From: Narcine bancroftii
Taxonomy: Eukaryota
NCBI RefSeq assembly: GCF_036971445.1
Contig: NC_091475.1
Span: 54,126,001 to 54,190,000, forward strand
DNA: 64,000 nt
Direction: 5' to 3'
This document shows positions 26,229 to 39,690 of this stretch, piece after piece. The notes under the pieces are model-generated. The model searched no databases. It worked only from the letters and a program-made list of their open reading frames with translations, and had not been told where the DNA came from. Positions within the stretch are counted from its first letter, which is position 1, and the number at the start of each line of letters is the position of its first letter. A program made the translations under genes and the position numbers.

Positions 26229-26489
26229 ATGTTGTGTTTTGGAGACCCCGCCCCCCCCCCCCCCCCCCAAGTTGACTCAGTAAAGCGACTGTTCTTGACT
26301 GCTTTATTCTTCTCTTCCCATTCTGCCTGTTACAAAGCAGGGGTGGGGGGGGGGGGGATTTTTTTCCTCCTCCAAATGAAACTGCAGCCTCTCTCCTGAT
26401 TTTCTATCCTGCCAACCTCGATGGAGCGGCCAGAGCTCCATGATCTACTCTGCTATTTGGATGAGTTCTCTGAGCTGGCTCTGCAGGCT

Positions 26490-26650
26490 GAATCAAAAGT
26501 GAGGGAAAGCCAAAACAAGTGGCTGAAGGGAACCAGCAGTTTCAGCGGCATCATCGGGGTAACAAAGAATGGGCTACCGTTGCGGGCCAGAACCCTCCTG
26601 CTTGACCTGCTGACTTCCTCCAGTAGTTCGGTTTTGGCACCGGATTCCAG
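26490..26650. mobile_element. compact inverted Penelope pLTR pair, decayed
   Basis: GCCAAAAC...GTTTTGGC inverted ends; GACCTGCTGACTTCCTCCAG tail. Confidence 0.5.
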
Positions 26651-27077
26651 CGCCTACTTCCAGCCAGGGAAGCAGCCGCAATGGAATTCATGAGATGCAA
26701 ATCCGCTTCCTTTCTCAGCAGGATTTAAGGTACAATCTCAAGGAGAAGTCATTGGTCCCCTCTGCTGAATTAAATGATCAAAACTGACTACCAAGCTGCC
26801 ATCTTGGTGGGGGCTTGATGTTTTAACTACCCGCAACAAACGTGAAATTTAAACAGCAATGACATTTCAGAAAGAACATCATTGAAGTGGCTCGTTCTGC
26901 CCTAATCATCTATCAATGATTTATTTTTCCTTACTCAAGGTGCTGACCATATCAGTTTCGCTGTTGCTTCTAGTACTTAGCCTAGGCTAGAGCTTTGCAT
27001 GTTCTGGGGAAATGAGTTGTAAAAGAAGAGTTACTGCAACACATGTGCTCCACCAAATTGGAGCAGATGGCATGTCA

Positions 27078-27281
27078 GTTAACTGAAAAAAACACACAAA
27101 TGCTGGAGAAACCCAGCAGGTCAATCAGTGTCTATATGTAGTAAAGTAACATTACCAAGGTTTCGGGCTTGAGCCCTTCATCAAGATGTGAAGAGTACAA
27201 GCCTGAAACCTTGGTGATGTGTCTATAGACACTGTTTGACCTGCTGAGTTTCTCCAGCATTTGTGTGTTTTTTCACTTAAC
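27078..27281. mobile_element. ~200-bp fold-back Penelope-derived element with hammerhead-like core
   Basis: arms 27078-27135/27225-27281 and 27150-27171/27198-27219 are reverse complements; minus strand TTGATGA-AGGGCTCAAGCCC-GAAA-CCTTGG-TA. Confidence 0.8.
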
Positions 27282-27624
27282 CGCGGTGTCAACAGAATCC
27301 TGTGTTTTAACCCCTCATGTCAGTCAACCAGTGGATTTTCATACCCAAATAGGCTGTCTAAGAACTGACAGAGTTCTTTTTAATGTTATAGGCTTTGAAG
27401 CCATCAGATCAAGTCATTCTCCTCCAACCAACTCCATCTTACTCCCAGGCTGATAAATGACAACCTCCAAACTCAGAATGGCCGACATCTTTCAGGCCTT
27501 GGTGCCACAGTCAGATAAAGTGGACCACATATTGCAGCTCACTGTTAGCATTCAAAAAGGCCTGAGGCCAGAAGTGATTTGGCTTTGCCTGGTTGAATGG
27601 CCACTTTGCTGATTCACAATCATT

Positions 27625-28550
27625 TTCAAGTTCAAGTTTATTACTGTCCAATTGCACAAGTTTCACCTGAATGCACAGCGTTCTCAGGCCCTCGGTGCAA
27701 AAACATGCTGTGTACAGGGTGGGTGGGGTCCTCAACAACTTTGCACGTCCTCTTCAGATAATAATCCAAGTAGATCATGTCGATAATGAGGAGGAAGATC
27801 CTAGTGATCTTCTCTGCCACTCTTATGGCCCTCTAAATTGACCTTCCGTCCAAATTTCTGCAGCAAACCACACCACACTGTGATCCAGCTGGCCTCGACA
27901 CTCTTGATAGAGCTCCTGTAGAAAGTTGACATGATAGTCATGTTGACATGAGAAAGGAAGCGGATTTGCATCTCATGAATTCCATTGCGGCTGCTTCCCT
28001 GGCTGGTAGTCTTGACTGCTTCAGTCTTCTCAGGAAGTGCCGTCACAGTTGTGCCTTCCTGACAAGTGAGAGATGTTGTGTGTCCATGATAGGTTCACGT
28101 GTAAGTGGACTCCAAGGAACCTGGTGCTCTCTACTCTCTCCACTATCAAGTTATTGATGTGTAGTGGGTGTTGGTCGTTTCTGGTCCTCCCAAAGCCCAC
28201 GGTCATCTTGTCCACATTGAGACACAGGTTGTTACTCTTGCACCATTTTCCACCTGTTCTCTGTAGTGCAACTCATCATTCTTGCTGATGAGGCCAACTA
28301 CTGATGTGTCATTTGCAAACTTAATGACTTTGTTGGAGCTGGATCTGGCCAGGCAGTCATGGGTCAGTAAAGTGAATAGGAGTGGGCTGAGCAAACAGCC
28401 TTGTGGTGTGCCTGTGCTCAGTGTGTTCGTGCTCGGTGTCCTGTTCCGATCAGACTGTTGTCTTTCTGCTAGGGAGTCCAGACGTCAATTACAGAGAGGG
28501 GTGTTGAGTCCTAGCAAGGACAGCTTCTCCACCAACCTCTAGGGAATGAA
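27625..28550 (-). mobile_element. Rex1/Babar-type LINE
   Basis: PQGCLLSPLLFTLLTHDC, IKFANDTSVVGLI, ERVESTRFLGVHL. Confidence 0.88.
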
Positions 28551-29479
28551 GATTAGGCAGCTTCTTATTGGGTCAACAGTGCAAAAAGTAAGCGAAGAAA
28601 GGTATGATGTTTCATTTAACAAGACATAATGTTTCACGTGTCAGAAAAAAAAATTCTCAACACACAAGATGAAGAGACAAAGTCTGAATAATTTCAGAAC
28701 TGATTTCTTCCCAGAAGGATAATTCAACAGAAGAAAAAAGCCACGAGGATGTCTGACAAAATTCAGTACAAAAAATGCAGAATTAGATGTATGAGCACCT
28801 CCAATACCAGTGGCATCGACAGAAGGCTGGTAAAAGCACGTTCACTGACGCAATGACGCAGCAGCACTGAGTGAACTTAGTTGTGAGTTAAGTGAAACAT
28901 TTAATTCCGTTCAGCCGAGAACCACTGTCAAAGAACAAAGTAAACTTGACAATATACTCGGGTGAAGCACTGAAGTCTTTAGAGCAGACGAACAGTTTAG
29001 TGCTTCATAATTGGACACAAATCCAATTATCAGTGGTTGCAATTAATTATACCAATGGGTTAACACTGAATCCCAAATGTTGGCATGGAAAGTTGAAGTG
29101 AGGCTGGAAAGAGTTGCTTAAAATGGATACTTCAAAATTGCTCTTTGACAAACTGTTGTGAAATGATGCAGCCACATTCAAGGTAACCTTAAAAATCCAA
29201 GCTGGGTGAAAGATCGAGTCAAAGATTCAACCTTTCCATCTTCACTGAAGAACCAGAAAAATTGAAACAAAACTGACTTCCAATGAAGACAAACCAGAAT
29301 AACTGGCCCACAGATGCCAGTAAATATCTAAAAATGTTCAATTATAGTGATTAAAAGATGGCAACGAATCAAGCAGTAATGATGTACTGTGATCATTGCC
29401 AACCTCAAACTCCGTGTGTTCAAATGGCAAGAGCTAAAAATGCAATCAAGAATACTCTGACTTCATATTATCCAGCATC

Positions 29480-30690
29480 AAAGATAGAGCAGAGAACATT
29501 ACAGCACAGTACAGGCCTTTCAGCCATGATGTTGTGCTGACATATGTAGACCTTCTCCACAACCATCTTATCCAGAGGTGCGCAAACTTTTGCCATGCAT
29601 ATGGTGGATGGTGTGTCAGTGGTTGAATGGTGGGCCGCACTGATGCCACCATAAATGAAATAAAAAATATTTAAAAATGCACTCATTTACTCAGACTTAA
29701 AGATACATACATTCATATTGAAATGCAAATATTTACATCTACACTAATTAACTGAAGTATTCATATACTGAAAGAACTACGCTCAATAATACAGGGGCGT
29801 ATCTATGCAAAATAGCACCTATGGCAGGGGTGGCCAATGCGTCAAAATAAAGAGCAACAAGGAGGTCTCGCAAGAGCTGGCCTTGGGGGCTTCCATGTCG
29901 TATTTGGCGTTGTATAAGTTGAGATTGAACGGTAGGATGAGCAAAGATGTGCAGAGCATAGAAGAAACAAGTATGTGTCGGGGGGGTGGAGGCACTGACT
30001 GGGGGGGGGCGGTGTGTGGTGGGTTTCGGACATTGCAGGTAAGAGGTGGATACCTGTACTTGTATCAATGGGCCGGGTGCACATGGTACCTTTGCATTGG
30101 GTTGCAGGGAAGATAAATTTGGATTGTGGGTTGCCCACCCTGATCTAATCTTTACCTTACCCACATCAATAACCTTCCATTTTTCTTACATCTATCTAAG
30201 AGCCTTTAAAAATTCCTACTGAACCAGCTTCCAGCACTCACCAAATTTCTTGGTTGTTAAAAAAATACTTACCTCTGACATCTCCATTAAACTCCATTCA
30301 CCCTAAACCTACGTCCTCTGTAAATTGCTGTTGTCACCCCAGGTAAAAGGTAGTTGGCTGTCCCCCCTATCTAGGCCTCTCATAATCTTACTGTATATAC
30401 AATTATTATTTCACTTTTCATCCCTTGTTGCTCCAAAGTGAAAAGCCTTCGCTCAATCAACCTCGCTTCATACGACATTCTCCAATTCAGGCAGTATCCC
30501 GGTAAATCTCCTCTGCACCCTCTCTAAAGCATACACATCCTTCCTTTGAGGAGGTGACCAGAACTGAACACAATACCCCCAGTGTGGACTAACCAGAGTT
30601 GTACAGAGATGTAACATTGCCTCTCGGCTCTTGAACTCATCCTCCAACTAATGAAGGTCAGCAAACCTTCTTAACTTGCAACCTTGAGGA
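29480..30690 (-). mobile_element. CR1 3' remnant interrupted by a hAT element
   Basis: tail ACAGCACAGTACAGGCCTTTCAGCC; reverse complement of RVQRRFTGILP coding near 30490-30530. Confidence 0.75.
29573..30142. mobile_element. non-autonomous hAT element (570 bp)
   Basis: TIRs CAGAGGTGCGCAAAC / GTTGCCCACCCTG; 8-bp TSD ATCTTATC / ATCTAATC (7 of 8 match). Confidence 0.75.
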
Positions 30691-31024
30691 GAAAATGTGG
30701 TGGAGATTTCAATAACAATTCTCAGAGCACCACTGAAGAAACAACTAATCCAACAATGGTCAAGTTTAACATGAGTTATTGAATAGCACAACTAGCTAAA
30801 CTGTAAATCAACTGCTGTCAAGATTGTCAAACCACAAAAAGTAATACTTGCACTGAGCAACTGATATTTTGAAGACTGAAGGCATAATTGAGCTCAGTTT
30901 ATGAAATCTAGAAGAGAGGTAGTTCAAACAAAATAAATTTACAACAAATCACAGTGAGAGACATTCCTCACAGAATTTGTGCATGATCTTGCAAATCTGA
31001 CATTCAAAATGGCAGTCAGGTACA

Positions 31025-31310
31025 AAGATTTATTTTTCCAATTTTCGAGTTACAGCCTGGTAACAGGCCCTTTCCCCCCCACCCCCCCACACCCCCCACC
31101 CCCCCCCCCACCCCACCCCCCATGAGCCCATCCCACCCAAATACTCCCATCTGACCAACAAACTGACTCACCCCGCACGCCTTTGGAGGAAGCCGGAGCA
31201 CCCGAAGGAAGCACCCGCAGGCAAAGGGAGAATATATTCCTCACAGACAGTGCCAGTCTTGAACCCGGGTTGCTGGTGTCGTAATAGTATTGGGCTAACC
31301 ACTAAACCAA
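31025..31310 (-). mobile_element. V-SINE (HE1-like)
   Basis: reverse complement of A/B boxes, V core and GGGCCTGTTACC tail; expanded C-run inside. Confidence 0.8.
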
Positions 31311-31410
31311 CTGAGGTGCCCTTGGAAAAGTGGGTGACAGGCTTAGAAATGCACATTACATTTCTACGAGAGGCGTACAAAAGATTACTGAAGAGTAATC
31401 TCTTTGGAGA

Positions 31411-31625
31411 TTTCTCTTTGGAGCAACAAGGGATGAGAAGTGAATTAATAATTGTATATACAGTAAGATCATGAGAGGCCTAGATAGGGGGCGACAGCCA
31501 ATGACCTTTTACCTGGGGTGACAACAGCAATTTACACAGGACGTAGGTTTAGGGTGAATGGAGAAAAGTTTAATGGAGATGTCAGAGGTAAGTATTTTCT
31601 TAACAACCAAGAAATTTGGTGAGTG
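31411..31625 (+). repeat. inverted duplicate of CR1 segment 30235-30444
   Basis: reverse-complement match including unusual shared strings TGTATATACAGTAAGAT and CCAAGAAATTTGGTGAGTG. Confidence 0.85.
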
Positions 31626-31764
31626 TTCATGAATGTATTTCAGATATTGATCCGGAAACTGCATGGTCTGACTGAATGGAGCCCAGCACCTTTGATAAGA
31701 ATGAAGAGAATCTGAAAGCCGACCGAATGCCTCCAAACATAAATGATGTAAAGGTGAATTATTC

Positions 31765-32115
31765 CTTTTTCTTTTTTTTGAATATTTAATTTAATAGATG
31801 TGTATATAGTCACAATATTACAGTGTTAACAAATAGATGTTGGAAGTGAATATAGAAAGAAAGTGAAAAGAGAAACTAAAACTAAACCTCCCCTTCACCT
31901 AATCTAATCCCATAACTAATCTAGGCACACTGTACAATACATAATAACACAACTACAGATTACTTTGGATTGGTTTAGATGACACTCAAGGATCCCAAAA
32001 ATATCATTCCAAAAATTATTATTTGTTCAGGGAGAACCTCACTGGTCAGGAGAATTTTTAATAAAATATATTACAATTTATATCTCCTTAATTTAGCATA
32101 GGGGCCCCAAATTAT
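31765..32115 (-). mobile_element. L1/Tx1-like 3' remnant
   Basis: T-run tail at left; minus strand IWGPYA motif near 32095-32113. Confidence 0.5.
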
Positions 32116-32225
32116 TCCCTTTTTGAAAGAGGGGGAAGCAAGATGGTGGATGTCAATGAGTTTCTGTGGCGCGTGCGCACACCCCTTCTATTCTTGGCAT
32201 ATTCATGTGTCTATCAAAAAGCCTC

Positions 32226-32517
32226 TGTGGTGATACACCACTACCCTACTGCAAGGGGCGATCTCTGTACCTGAAGGAAGACCACCAGAGGACAGACCTC
32301 ACCTGGCTGCTGTCAATCAGCCAACCTGAATAGATCCCTCGGGGGCTAACTCCACCCGGCTGGCTGTCAATCACCTGACTGGGATATAGTCCTGAGTTAG
32401 CCAGTCACTCAGGAGCCACCATCACAGCCACTACTATAGCAGGGACCTTTAGCCAAATAAAGCCTGTAGTACAGCCTCCAAGTTTGTGTCTGCTCACTGC
32501 TGCTATAGTGCATCACA
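32226..32517 (+). mobile_element. short solo LTR (292 bp)
   Basis: TGTGGTG...CATCACA termini; perfect 5-bp TSD GCCTC; AATAAA near 32456; inserted in an antisense CR1 fragment. Confidence 0.88.
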
Positions 32518-32639
32518 GCCTCTTCAACACAACTATTGTATTTACTTCCACTGTTACTCATGGCAGCATGTTCCAAGCACCTACCTCTCTCTATATCAAA
32601 ACAAAACTTGCCCTTGCATCTCCTTCGAATTCATCTACT

Positions 32640-33640
32640 CGCCTCAGAGCTTCTTCATTCAGAAAGTCATGAGGGATGGGAAACTTGGCTGTTTGGATTC
32701 AGAATTGGCTTGCCTACAGAAAGCTGAGGGCGGTAGTGGATGGAACATATTCTGACTGGAGAACAGTGATATTCCTCAAGGATCTGTTCTGAGATATTTA
32801 TAAATGATGTGGATGAAAAAGTAAAGTGGTAGGCGACATAAAGGTTGGAGGTGTTGTGGATACCGTGGAAAGTTGTTGGAGGTTACAACAGGATACACAG
32901 TAGATTGGATGTACTGCAGAATTGGTAAGAGAAGTGGCAGATGGAGTTCAATCTGGATAAGTGTTAAGTTATGCGGTTTGGAAGGTTGAACTAGAAGGCG
33001 GAGTTAACAGTGTTAATGGCAGGATTACTGACAGTGTGGAGGAACAGAGTGAACTTGGGGGTCCAGATCCATTCATCTCTCAAGGTTGCCATGCATGTTG
33101 TTGAGGCATATGGTTTGCTGGCCTTCCTTAGTTGGGGGATTGAGTTCAAGAGCTGTTGCGGCTCTATAAAACTCTGATGAGACCAGGCTTGGAGTATTGC
33201 ATTTATATCTGGCTGCCACATTTCAGAAAGAATGTTCATGCTTTGGTGAGAGTGCAGAGGAGATTTACCAGGATGCTGCTTGGATTGGAGAATATTCCTT
33301 ATGATGTAGGCTGACAGAACTATATACAGTATTTTCTCTTTGGAGCGACAAAGTATGAGAGGTGACTTAACATAGGTAAATAAGATTATGAGAGGCAAAG
33401 ACAGGGGTGACAATAGCAAATACCAGAGGACACTGGCTTCAAGTGAGTTGAGGAAAGTTTAGGGGAGATATTAGAGGTAAGCTTTTGTTTGCACAGCAAG
33501 TGGTGGAAGCTAGTACAATAGGCACCATGGATGTCTAAAACAGAGTATAATGTGTATGAGGTAGATGAGGATGAGATTGTTGTGAGGTAGGTTTACAGAG
33601 GTCAGCATCTCATTGTGTTCTCTGCTATGATGTTCTTTTT
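32640..33640 (+). mobile_element. CR1 RT and 3' region, decayed
   Basis: WIQNWLA.RKLR, PQGSVL, KWQMEFN, RVQRRFTRML. Confidence 0.85.
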
Positions 33641-33859
33641 AAACACATTGTAGTGGGCTGCACTGATCCACAAGCGAACCAGGTCACAGAGGTGCAGGCT
33701 CACACTGGGCTGATGTCACAACAGTGGAAGGGGCCAAAAAGGATAATGGGAGCGGTGCTGATAAGCTCTTGGAGAGTTGCAGTAAAGTCAGTTGGCAGAT
33801 TCAACTCACTCACACAGCACACCGACCACAACATCTTTTTACATGTGATACTTTTATCG

Positions 33860-34115
33860 TGTAAAGAAGATGTTGTCTGTCTATCAATGCTGATCACTAT
33901 TTTATAAATTTCTATCAGGTCTTTCATCAGCCTCTGTCTACCCTTTCCACATCATTCCTACAACCAGAATTGCACACATTACTCTGATGGTGGTTTAACT
34001 AAAATTTTATATGTATGGCTGCAACATGATTTCCATAATTTTATATTCAATACCCCATCCAAGGAAGGCAAGCAGACCATTGGCCTTATTTGCTACCTGT
34101 TCCTCTTGTATGGCC
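33860..34115 (-). mobile_element. CR1 fragment
   Basis: DLIEIYKI motif. Confidence 0.6.
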
Positions 34116-35194
34116 AGACATATCTAGCTCTGCACGATTAAAAAGAGCAGAAGAAACAAAATGCATGAATTTAGCAATCCCTTTGTCTCTAAAATTCATT
34201 ATATTCTTGGCACATCACAAAGATGAAGTGGGGACTTGCAAAATATTTTAATATTGCACATAATTTGCCCATGATATATTAAAAACAGGACATCTATATT
34301 TATAGTCTTTATATTTCCCATGTGTCGCACACATAAGAAACTATTTTAAAACAGCACTGACTTCTTGAATTGATTCCTGAAACCATCCAGGACACTTCAA
34401 CTTCGCTGAACATCATCTAATATACCAGGAGCAAACAAAGGGAAGAATTGTTCTTGAAATTTCCATTTCCCACGGGTTTTAAAATGAATATAATGGAGTC
34501 TGAGCACCAAAAAAAAATCATGCAGATTTACGCGCAGGTAAAATTGGATGAAATATGCATTATAGAATAATCTGTGAAATCATGTTCTCCTATGTAAGTG
34601 ATGGCCTTCTGACACATTTGGTGGGTAGTTGAACTGGTGACCTATTTGCGTTCAGTTGTGCAAACGTAACGATCAAAAACCGATCTTTGTTTGGAGCTTA
34701 TTCAGGACTGTAATAAACTTGTAGGTGTTAAATCATATTTCCTTCTGAACACAGTGATTATTAAACAGATTTGGAAAACAATTCAGAGTATGAAGATTTC
34801 AGCTTCTCAGTGCACTTCGTTCATTTAAACTCGACATAAAAATTACTGCCTGAAACAAAATGTCTGCAGGTCTTAAATTTATACGATATTCAAGAACAAA
34901 GAGTCATCCTTGAGGGAGCATTATGCATTGCAACGGAACAGGTTCTACCTTTGACAAAATGGTGAACAAAATGCAGAACAATTCCTGTGGTTTGACATGT
35001 GGTTTGAAGCTGCCATGGGAGTTGTGATGGTACAAACGCGTAATTCCATTTTCTGTCTTTTCATTCCTTAGATATTTCACTTTAGGTTTATTTATTGAAA
35101 CACAAAATCCAGTCTTGTAATTTTTGTCTAGATTTTGTTTCAGTTGTAATTCTGGATTAACTGTAATTAAATACTGAAATTGAATGAATGGTGG

Positions 35195-35450
35195 GGGGGG
35201 CACAGATGCTGTAGCATTTAGCGTAACACTTTTACACACCAGTGATTGAGATGGGGTTCAAATCCCTCACTGTCTGTTAGGAGTTTGTAGGTTCTCCCCA
35301 TGTCTACAATGGGTCTCCTCCAGGCACTCTGGTTTTCTCCCACCATTCAAAATGTACCAGGGGTGTAGGTCAATTGGATGTCATTGGGCGGCATGGACTC
35401 ATGGGCCGAAAAGGCCTGTTACTATGCTGTATGTCTAAATTTAAAAAATT
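35195..35450 (+). mobile_element. V-SINE (HE1-like)
   Basis: B box GGTTCAAATCC, V core, GGGCCGAAAAGGCCTGTTAC tail. Confidence 0.82.
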
Positions 35451-36435
35451 ATATGGAAAATAGATGTGATAAGGTGCTCTCTCATTGGCACTGGCATGTG
35501 TCCTTTGATAGACTGAAGAAGGAGTTAGGTTTTACAGAAGGCACTGAGCTTGCATGCTCGTAAAAAGACATGACACAGTGGTGGAACAATTGGAGATCAA
35601 GGTTTCATACTGACGCTGGGTATAGGAGTTGGCCCTGTGGTGGTGTGAATTTCCTCTCTCATGCCAAATATATTGGTAGGTTTGAATGGCTGTTGTAATG
35701 AAATTGAAGGGAAAATGAGACTGGTGAAGATGATTGGTCGATGTTGTGAGCCAAAGGATCTGCTTTCACACTGTATGTGTCTCAGTAGGGATGCCTGAGT
35801 GATCAATTCGAAGCTCTTCGATTGTAACCATGGCTGGGCCAGAAGTAAGCAAGAACAAATAGCAAGAAGTGGCTGGTGTTGCGAAAGTTACATCCACCAC
35901 ACATGGAAGCAGTGTGAAAGAAAGATCAGTGGCCCTATCCAGCCAGCCAGGGAAAACACACACAATGACCTTTGGTGACTGCAGAGTACTGTATTGAAAC
36001 AGAGCGATGCAGCTTGGATACAAACCCTTCACAATCCATCGGTTGTGTTGAGGGGGAATTATTTCAAAGTTTTGCACTCTTGTTTCACTGAGAAATCCAG
36101 TCCATTTCATAACTTATGGTTGCTTCTGGACACTATGGTGTACAACCTGGCTGTCCTGATACCATAATTTCCACGATGACTTCAATAATTAAGAGTAAGC
36201 TGGCCAGTGTAAAGTTGTGAAATGCCCTGAATAATTCCATTCATTAAAAAAATTGTTCATTCCTCTCACAAGAACCAAATGAGATATTAAACAGATCAAC
36301 TCAAAGATGGGAAGAGCCATAGTTCATTATAATTTGATTTCTCTTTCTAACCCAACCCAAAATTCAATTTGGCCCACATTGTTTCACTGCAACCACCAGA
36401 TGGCTCATCTACCTCTGATAAATTTGGATATGCTC

Positions 36436-36672
36436 CTCTTCTTCTTCTTTGGCTTGGCTTCGCGGACAAAGATTTATGGAGGGGTAATGTCCACGTCAGC
36501 TGCAGGCTCGTTTGTGGCTGACAAGTCCGATGTGGGACAGGCAGACACGGTTGCAGCGGTTGCAAGGGAAAATTGGTTGGTTGGGGTTGGGTGTTGGGTT
36601 TTTCCTCCTTTGTCTTTTGTCAGTGAGGTGGGATCTGCGGTCTTCTTCAAAGGAGGTTGCTGCCCACTGAAC
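36436..36672 (-). mobile_element. RTE-clade LINE 3' end
   Basis: (TTC)n tail; reverse complement of the same family. Confidence 0.92.
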
Positions 36673-37859
36673 TCAATACTATAAAATCATCAAACAAACA
36701 CAGCTAACTTTTATACTCACTGTTAACTAGGTAACATCCAACACTGAACACAATGAGCAAAGAGAATTCAGCATTCAAGTTTTCTTCTTCCAATTGTGCA
36801 AGAAATGGTGGAGGGGTGGAGGAAGCAGATATAGCGGAGAATGAGGAACCCCCCCATTTGAAATTCATTCTAAATCATCATATTTAGAATAATCATGTCT
36901 GCTTTCAGAATTCTCATAAATCTGAATTCAAAATTGCAGACAGAGAAGGCAGCAAAGCAATAACAAGCTAGTCTGCCGATTTTTACGTGGCCTCTCTGAA
37001 GGGTACTTAGACTTCCAACTTTTTTTATGTCATGCTGCCATTATCTTCAATCAACAAAAAGTTGCTGCGGAAATATTACAATTGACAAATGTTATTTTTC
37101 TCCTCCAGAATAATATGTCAGCTTTGTTCTAACCCCTTGAGTGCAAGACATTTACTTAAATTGCTGCTGCAATTGTTTTCTCCACAGAAAAAGATGGCTA
37201 TTTTAGACTTGGTCGTGTGTAATGGAGGCTGGATTAACTGATAATATTGTAATAAGAGTAGCATCATTTGATAGAATTTCATCACCAATCTTCGAGAGAG
37301 AGAGTTAAATTGAAATCAGCGTCATCAACTTAAATTATCTTTTTTCTGAGTCACTCCCTTGGGCTTGTTCAACTCTAATTCCACGAGTTCAGAGGTGACT
37401 GATGAGGTGAATGTGAGTCTCACAGGTTCTAAAACAGTGGGAGTGCTGTCTGCCTTCCACAATGGGAAGGCATCCCCGAGCCATCCTCATTACTCCGCTC
37501 CTCCTTTGAATGGTCGTGGGATTCTTGCAAGTCAGCAGGAGATTTTAAGACCATCTATGAATCACTTTCTTTGTCTTCTTCCCGTGATAAAGTTCAGAAT
37601 AGAGTGTTAGGTTTTGGGAGTTTATTATCAGGCACGCTAGTGATCGAATGTCCCCAAATTGAACTGATTGAGTGAAATTCAGGCCTTTCTATTGGCTTGT
37701 TCAAAGACTCTCATATATATGTTGTATTTATCCTGAATTTGGAGGAGTTTTAACAGATTAGCAGCATCTCCCCAGTGCCTTGACATGCCTACTGTTGGTA
37801 GCCAGAGTCTCAAAGGCAAAGTTGGTTAAATTTGAGTGGGAATTAGATGTCAAGATAAT

Positions 37860-39690
37860 ACAATGGGCAGGAAATGGCATCTTTTTGAAATCACATTCAG
37901 AAATTCTCAATGCCAAAATGTGTATTATATAGAGAATTTAAAAAAAAATTAAGAGAAGAATTATCCATGGCAAACAAAGGTTGTATCAAAGAAAAGAAAA
38001 AGTCTGAAAATTTGAGGTTGGAAAAAAATTAGAAATGAGAAAACGATGATAGAAGGAAAATTAAGGTGGAGAAAAATAGATTGAGTGAAAGCTCAAATGA
38101 AAGAAATATGGAAACAAATTGTAAGAGAAAGATCAGCTTAGGTGAACTGTGGTCTCTTAGAGGGAAAGACTGGTGAATTAAAATAGGAAATAAAGAAAGA
38201 GTACAGATTTTTTTTAGATCAATCTGTCTTAATAGGTTATCACTTTGGCATAATGCCGTTAAAAAAATCCTCGGGACAAATGAAAAGGAAAAGAAATTGC
38301 CATCACTCAGGAAAAATATGAGAGGGTGACAAACCCCCTGCTCCTCAAGAGCTCTGAAAAGAAATGGCTGCTGTCATAGAGGATGCACTGATCCCGATCA
38401 CATAAAATTCCCTGTATTCTATAGGTCCTGATGGACTGGAAAGGTCCCTGCTCAAGAAAGGAAGATGACATGAAGCAGAGAACTAACGGCAGGCTTGTGA
38501 TTAAGGTCACAGAACATTCAGAAAATCATAAAACAATTAAGTTGAGAAAATATGATTCTGTGAAAAGGAAATTGCACTTGACAAATTTATTGGCATTCTT
38601 TGTCCATGTCATTTGAAAAAAGGGGGAATTAATGTACACAGCTCACTTGGATATCCAGAAAACATTGGACACATGTGCAGAATAGAGGATTGACAAACAA
38701 ATAGAAAAAGGACAGAAGGGTCATTTTCAAATTGGTATCTGGGATCAGTCCTGGGAACTCAATGATTTGGCATTTATAGCCACGGCAAAGATGAGGGTTA
38801 TCAGAGCCCAGTGTGTCGATGGGACACCGGGGGATGGAAAACGGAGTTGTGAGGAGATTGCTCAACGTGCTCAGGACTTCGGGAGTCGGCTAAATTCTGG
38901 CAGAAGGATCACATGAGGAGAGTCACTTTGTCAGGAAAAATAGGGGAGCAGGGTATTGTTCGAATGGAGTGAGACAACAAAAATGCTGTGAAACAGGGGG
39001 ATGTGGGAGAACTCTCTATCCCACAAAGTCAGTGTTCTGCTCCAGCCAGTAATTGGAAAGTATGTGGAATGTTGGTCAACATTATAAGGAGAATGGAGAA
39101 TATGCCCTGCTCCTAAGGTGTTGGGGAGACCAGATCTGGACTATAGCATGCAGTTTGAGTTTCCTGAGGGATGATACTGGAGGCAGCTTAGAGAAAGTTC
39201 AATCGATTGATTTCTGGGATAAGGATAAAGGTTAACCAGGTTATGGCCGTGCTCATTTCAGTTAGAAGAATGATCTGATTGAAACACAAAAAATTTTGAG
39301 GGAGGTGGACAGATTGGATGCTCAGAGTTATCAGCTTCATGGGGAAATCTAAATTTGGGGAATAGATTCAGGGAAAGCTGTCAGGTGCACAAACATGTTC
39401 CAAGCCCAAAACGCTCGACTTGCTCTGGATGCTGCATGATCTGCTGGCTGAGTTTCTGAATTTTATGTCACCCTCTCCCCTACCACCCCCCCGCCCCCAC
39501 CTCCACCACTGCCCCAAATCCCCCAGCATCTGCAGATTTTCTTAATTAACAGAGAAAGCTGCCATCCATTGAGGACAGAAATAGGTTATAAATCATTGTT
39601 ATTCTCTAGTCCAAGGTGATGCGAATGATGAATGTATTAAAAGCTGAGGTTTCTGGCCTATCGATTAAAGGTTATGGAGGGTGCAGGCTT
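37860..39690 (+). mobile_element. old, heavily decayed CR1
   Basis: DWK..CSRKE, HLTNLLAFF, LDIQKTLD, DLIET.KI fragments in CR1 ORF2 order. Confidence 0.7.

Noticed and set aside
26246-26357. Facing C-run and G-run
   Set aside because: Homopolymer runs are common across the window and may include sequencing length errors; no specific structure is supported.
26421-26693. 90-aa ORF MERPELHDLL
   Set aside because: Much of it overlaps a Penelope pLTR pair; no recognisable domain.
28846-28860. Tandem TGACGCA (CRE/ATF half sites)
   Set aside because: Short motifs with no other promoter evidence.
29748-30164. 138-aa ORF with a protein-like hydrophobic stretch
   Set aside because: Lies almost entirely inside a TSD-bounded non-autonomous hAT element and has no transposase motifs.
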